Shown piece after piece: positions 15,501 through 16,304 of a stretch of 16,304 bases of DNA. Both the position numbers and the translations under genes were made by a program. Every line of letters begins with the position of its first letter. The stretch's first letter is position 1. The DNA is from Gemmatimonadales bacterium (GTDB lineage: Bacteria; Gemmatimonadota; Gemmatimonadetes; Gemmatimonadales; GWC2-71-9). The stretch is taken from contig JBDIWC010000071.1 of the NCBI GenBank assembly GCA_039794085.1, forward strand, positions 1-16,304, in the 5' to 3' direction. The notes under the pieces were generated by a model. It did no database searches, had not been told where the DNA came from, and saw nothing but the letters and a program-made list of their open reading frames with translations.

Positions 15501-15623
15501 GTCGACGTCGGGAAACTCCCGGACCGAGAGCCGGAAGTACGCGATTCCGCCAAAAAGGACCAGTGCCAGGCTCATCATCCCGGCCAGGACCGGACGTTGA
15601 ATCGATATTTCAGGTAACCGCAT
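12552..15623 (-). CDS. RND efflux transporter permease (AcrB/AcrD/AcrF, HAE1 family)
   Basis: 1023 aa; N-terminal ISIQRPV; proton-relay motifs GLVVDDAIVVLEN, GLASKNSILLVE and RLRPILMT; two large periplasmic loops. Confidence 0.97.
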   Translation of the reverse strand: MRLPEISIQRPVLAGMMSLALVLFGGIAYFRLSVREFPDVDPPIISVSTGLPGANPRVVESAITDVLEEELSTVEGLRTITSTSSEQSSNIVLEFVLSRDVESAAQDVRDKVSRVRGRLPREVTEPVIAKQDADAQPFFWLALTGTNYSLMDLSDIADRLVKAPLQTIPGVGRAQVFGERRFAMRVWLSPTALAGRGLTVQDVEDAIRTRNVEIPAGRIESSRREFSIRSLGELRTPEEFREIVVANQGGRLVKLRDLATVELGPRDERGALRFQGETAVAVGVVRQSKANLVEVADAIREALPAIEEALPPGVTITPTFDSSEYVKRTIAETLNTLVLAGVLVVVIIFVFLRNVRATIIPAVAIPVSIIATFALMLALGFTINNFTLLALILAIGLVVDDAIVVLENAYRHQEELHDDPVESARTGTNEIAFAVIATTVALVAVFAPLAFLQGTTGRLFNEFGIALAAAVIVSSFVALSLTPMLCAQILRVPDTHGPVFQRFEAIFVRIADRYAAALGWAVRHRGWILGGAVGSLLVAVGAFLALEQEFLPPEDRGSFITTTQAPQGSTLEYTDGYQRQVEAILDATPEVDTYFSVIGFGGNVAGGILFSRLTDWSVRERSTDEVVGSVLPQLFAIPGIQAFAFNPSPLGGGFSAPLQFVVQHPDFDSLTASMQPFLARARRIPGLVNVDINLKVDKPELVVEYERDRMEDLGVGVQAVGSTLETMLGGRRVNTFTRDNKLYDVVVQIRPEERATPSDMQNLYVRGVGGELVNLSSVARVAEGVGPSSLLHYNRVRSYTLSASLLPGFTLGTALDSLARVATEVLPRGSATALAGESREFEESGNALYFAFLLALLVVYMVLAAQFESLIHPFTVLMAVPLAVTGALVTLLLAGSTLNLYSQIGMILLIGLASKNSILLVEYTNQLRDRGMDLVGAVCEAGRVRLRPILMTAVSTVFGALPIALGLAAGSESRQPLGYVIVGGILVSTVLTLFLVPIIYIAFEHLRQRVWGTRVAVPSALEA

Positions 15624-15743
15624 CTGAATCAGGCGATCCCGATCAGGGGGAACGAATCTGCGTTCACCGATTCGGCGATCGGGACGCTACGGGGACATAC
15701 GCACTGGACACCTTCGGGGTTTCATCCGGGGCCGGTTCCGTGC

Positions 15744-15761
15744 TTGTGAATAATTTCACAA
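15744..15761. promoter_or_regulatory. Rex-type operator upstream of the RND operon
   Basis: TTGTGAA-TAAT-TTCACAA is an exact Rex consensus match, 120 nt upstream of the permease start codon. Confidence 0.6.
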
Positions 15762-15918
15762 AGTGTGGGCCCAAAAGGAAGGGACGGACGCCGGATGGGG
15801 GGAACCGGATGGGGGGAATTAGTCCCTTACGGACAAGATCGAACACAAAACGGCAACACTATTGTGGGCCACAGCCGCGGCGGCCCGTGGGCCGCCGCAG
15901 GTTGTCGGGGAACGCCGT

Positions 15919-15946
15919 GTACGGGCCGTTCGCGAACGGCCCGTAC
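15919..15946. repeat. Perfect 28-bp palindrome, GTAG-family REP-like
   Basis: GTACGGGCCGTTCG|CGAACGGCCCGTAC. A degenerate second copy GCAGGGGCCGTCCACGAACGGG lies at about 15964-15985. Confidence 0.75.
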
Positions 15947-16025
15947 GCATCGGCAGCATGGGCGCAGGGGCCGTCCACGAACGGGAACAGGCCCTGCGGA
16001 AGATTGACTCCGGTGCGCGAATCCC

Positions 16026-16093
16026 CTGGTTCCGGCGCATGCCGGAATCCAGGCGCGGGGGGGAATGGACCCCCGGCGTCCGCCGGGGTGACG
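16026..16093. repeat. Bipartite REP-like element (two hairpins), containing copy 2 of the 23-bp repeat
   Basis: Left hairpin TTCCGGC-GCAT-GCCGGAA-TCCAG and right hairpin TGGAC-CCCCGGC-GTCC-GCCGGGG-TGACG. The right 23 bp are identical to 5744-5766. Confidence 0.7.
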
Positions 16094-16149
16094 TCCCGTG
16101 AGGGTGTCGGACTCAGGAGAACTCCGGCAAACACCGGTCGCCTCCCTCC

Positions 16150-16172
16150 GGGCGAACGCCGTTCGCCCCTAC
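16150..16172 (-). repeat. GTAG-type REP
   Basis: Minus strand GTAG-GGGCGAAC-GGC-GTTCGCCC: a GTAG tetranucleotide followed by an 8-bp hairpin. It runs into heptamers CCCCTAC TCCCTAT TCCCTAG (16166-16186). Confidence 0.7.
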
Positions 16173-16304
16173 TCCCTATTCCCTAGGCCGGCAGAGCCGG
16201 AACCAAAGAGGCTTACACACTCGGAGCCACAGATACTGCCCGGGTATGCTCGCGGTCTGCGGGGTTCCTACTCCCAAGACCAGATGCGGCCCGACACCTG
16301 GCCT

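Noticed and set aside
5830..15617. Long plus-strand ORFs (5830..6882, 6801..8048, 7964..9157, 9604..10944, 11389..12603, 12399..13682, 14052..15617)
   Set aside because: Antisense shadows of well-supported minus-strand genes, expected in high-GC DNA, with no domain motifs.
15563..16186. 207-aa plus-strand ORF and overlapping short ORFs
   Set aside because: They run through the REP-like palindrome cluster and give low-complexity G/P/R translations with no RBS or motifs.
16268..16304. Possible 3' end of a minus-strand gene entering from the right edge (...GQVSGRIWSWE*)
   Set aside because: Only 12 codons are visible, too little to support a call.

Overview
GC-rich bacterial window, most likely Gemmatimonadota; this is inferred from the gene families, not from a database search. 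It has three blocks. (1) 1-5486: a minus-strand cluster of exported proteins: a CxxC thioredoxin/TlpA-like protein, a 6-bladed beta-propeller lipoprotein, an 84-aa secreted six-cysteine peptide, a carboxypeptidase-regulatory/TonB-plug-like protein with no barrel, and a second carboxypeptidase-regulatory-domain protein cut by the left edge. It is divergent from an ECF sigma factor whose 3' end carries a 7-nt tandem repeat. This block is the best candidate for an undescribed system, possibly a disulfide-rich secreted peptide module. (2) 5854-9770: a compact regulatory cassette of an HDOD protein, FliA/sigma-28, an NtrC-family sigma-54 activator and a pseudo-receiver. Recognisable sigma-70, sigma-54 (with tandem enhancer palindromes) and sigma-28 promoter motifs suggest a three-tier cascade. 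(3) 9751-15623: a probable operon of RND permease, RND adaptor, an exported NTF2-like protein and a SolA/MSOX-family flavin oxidase, preceded by a perfect Rex-type operator. The intergenic regions 5487-5853 and 15624-16304 hold REP-like hairpins and heptamer repeats, and the first contains a second Rex-type palindrome. No rRNA, tRNA, CRISPR array or intact transposase was seen.
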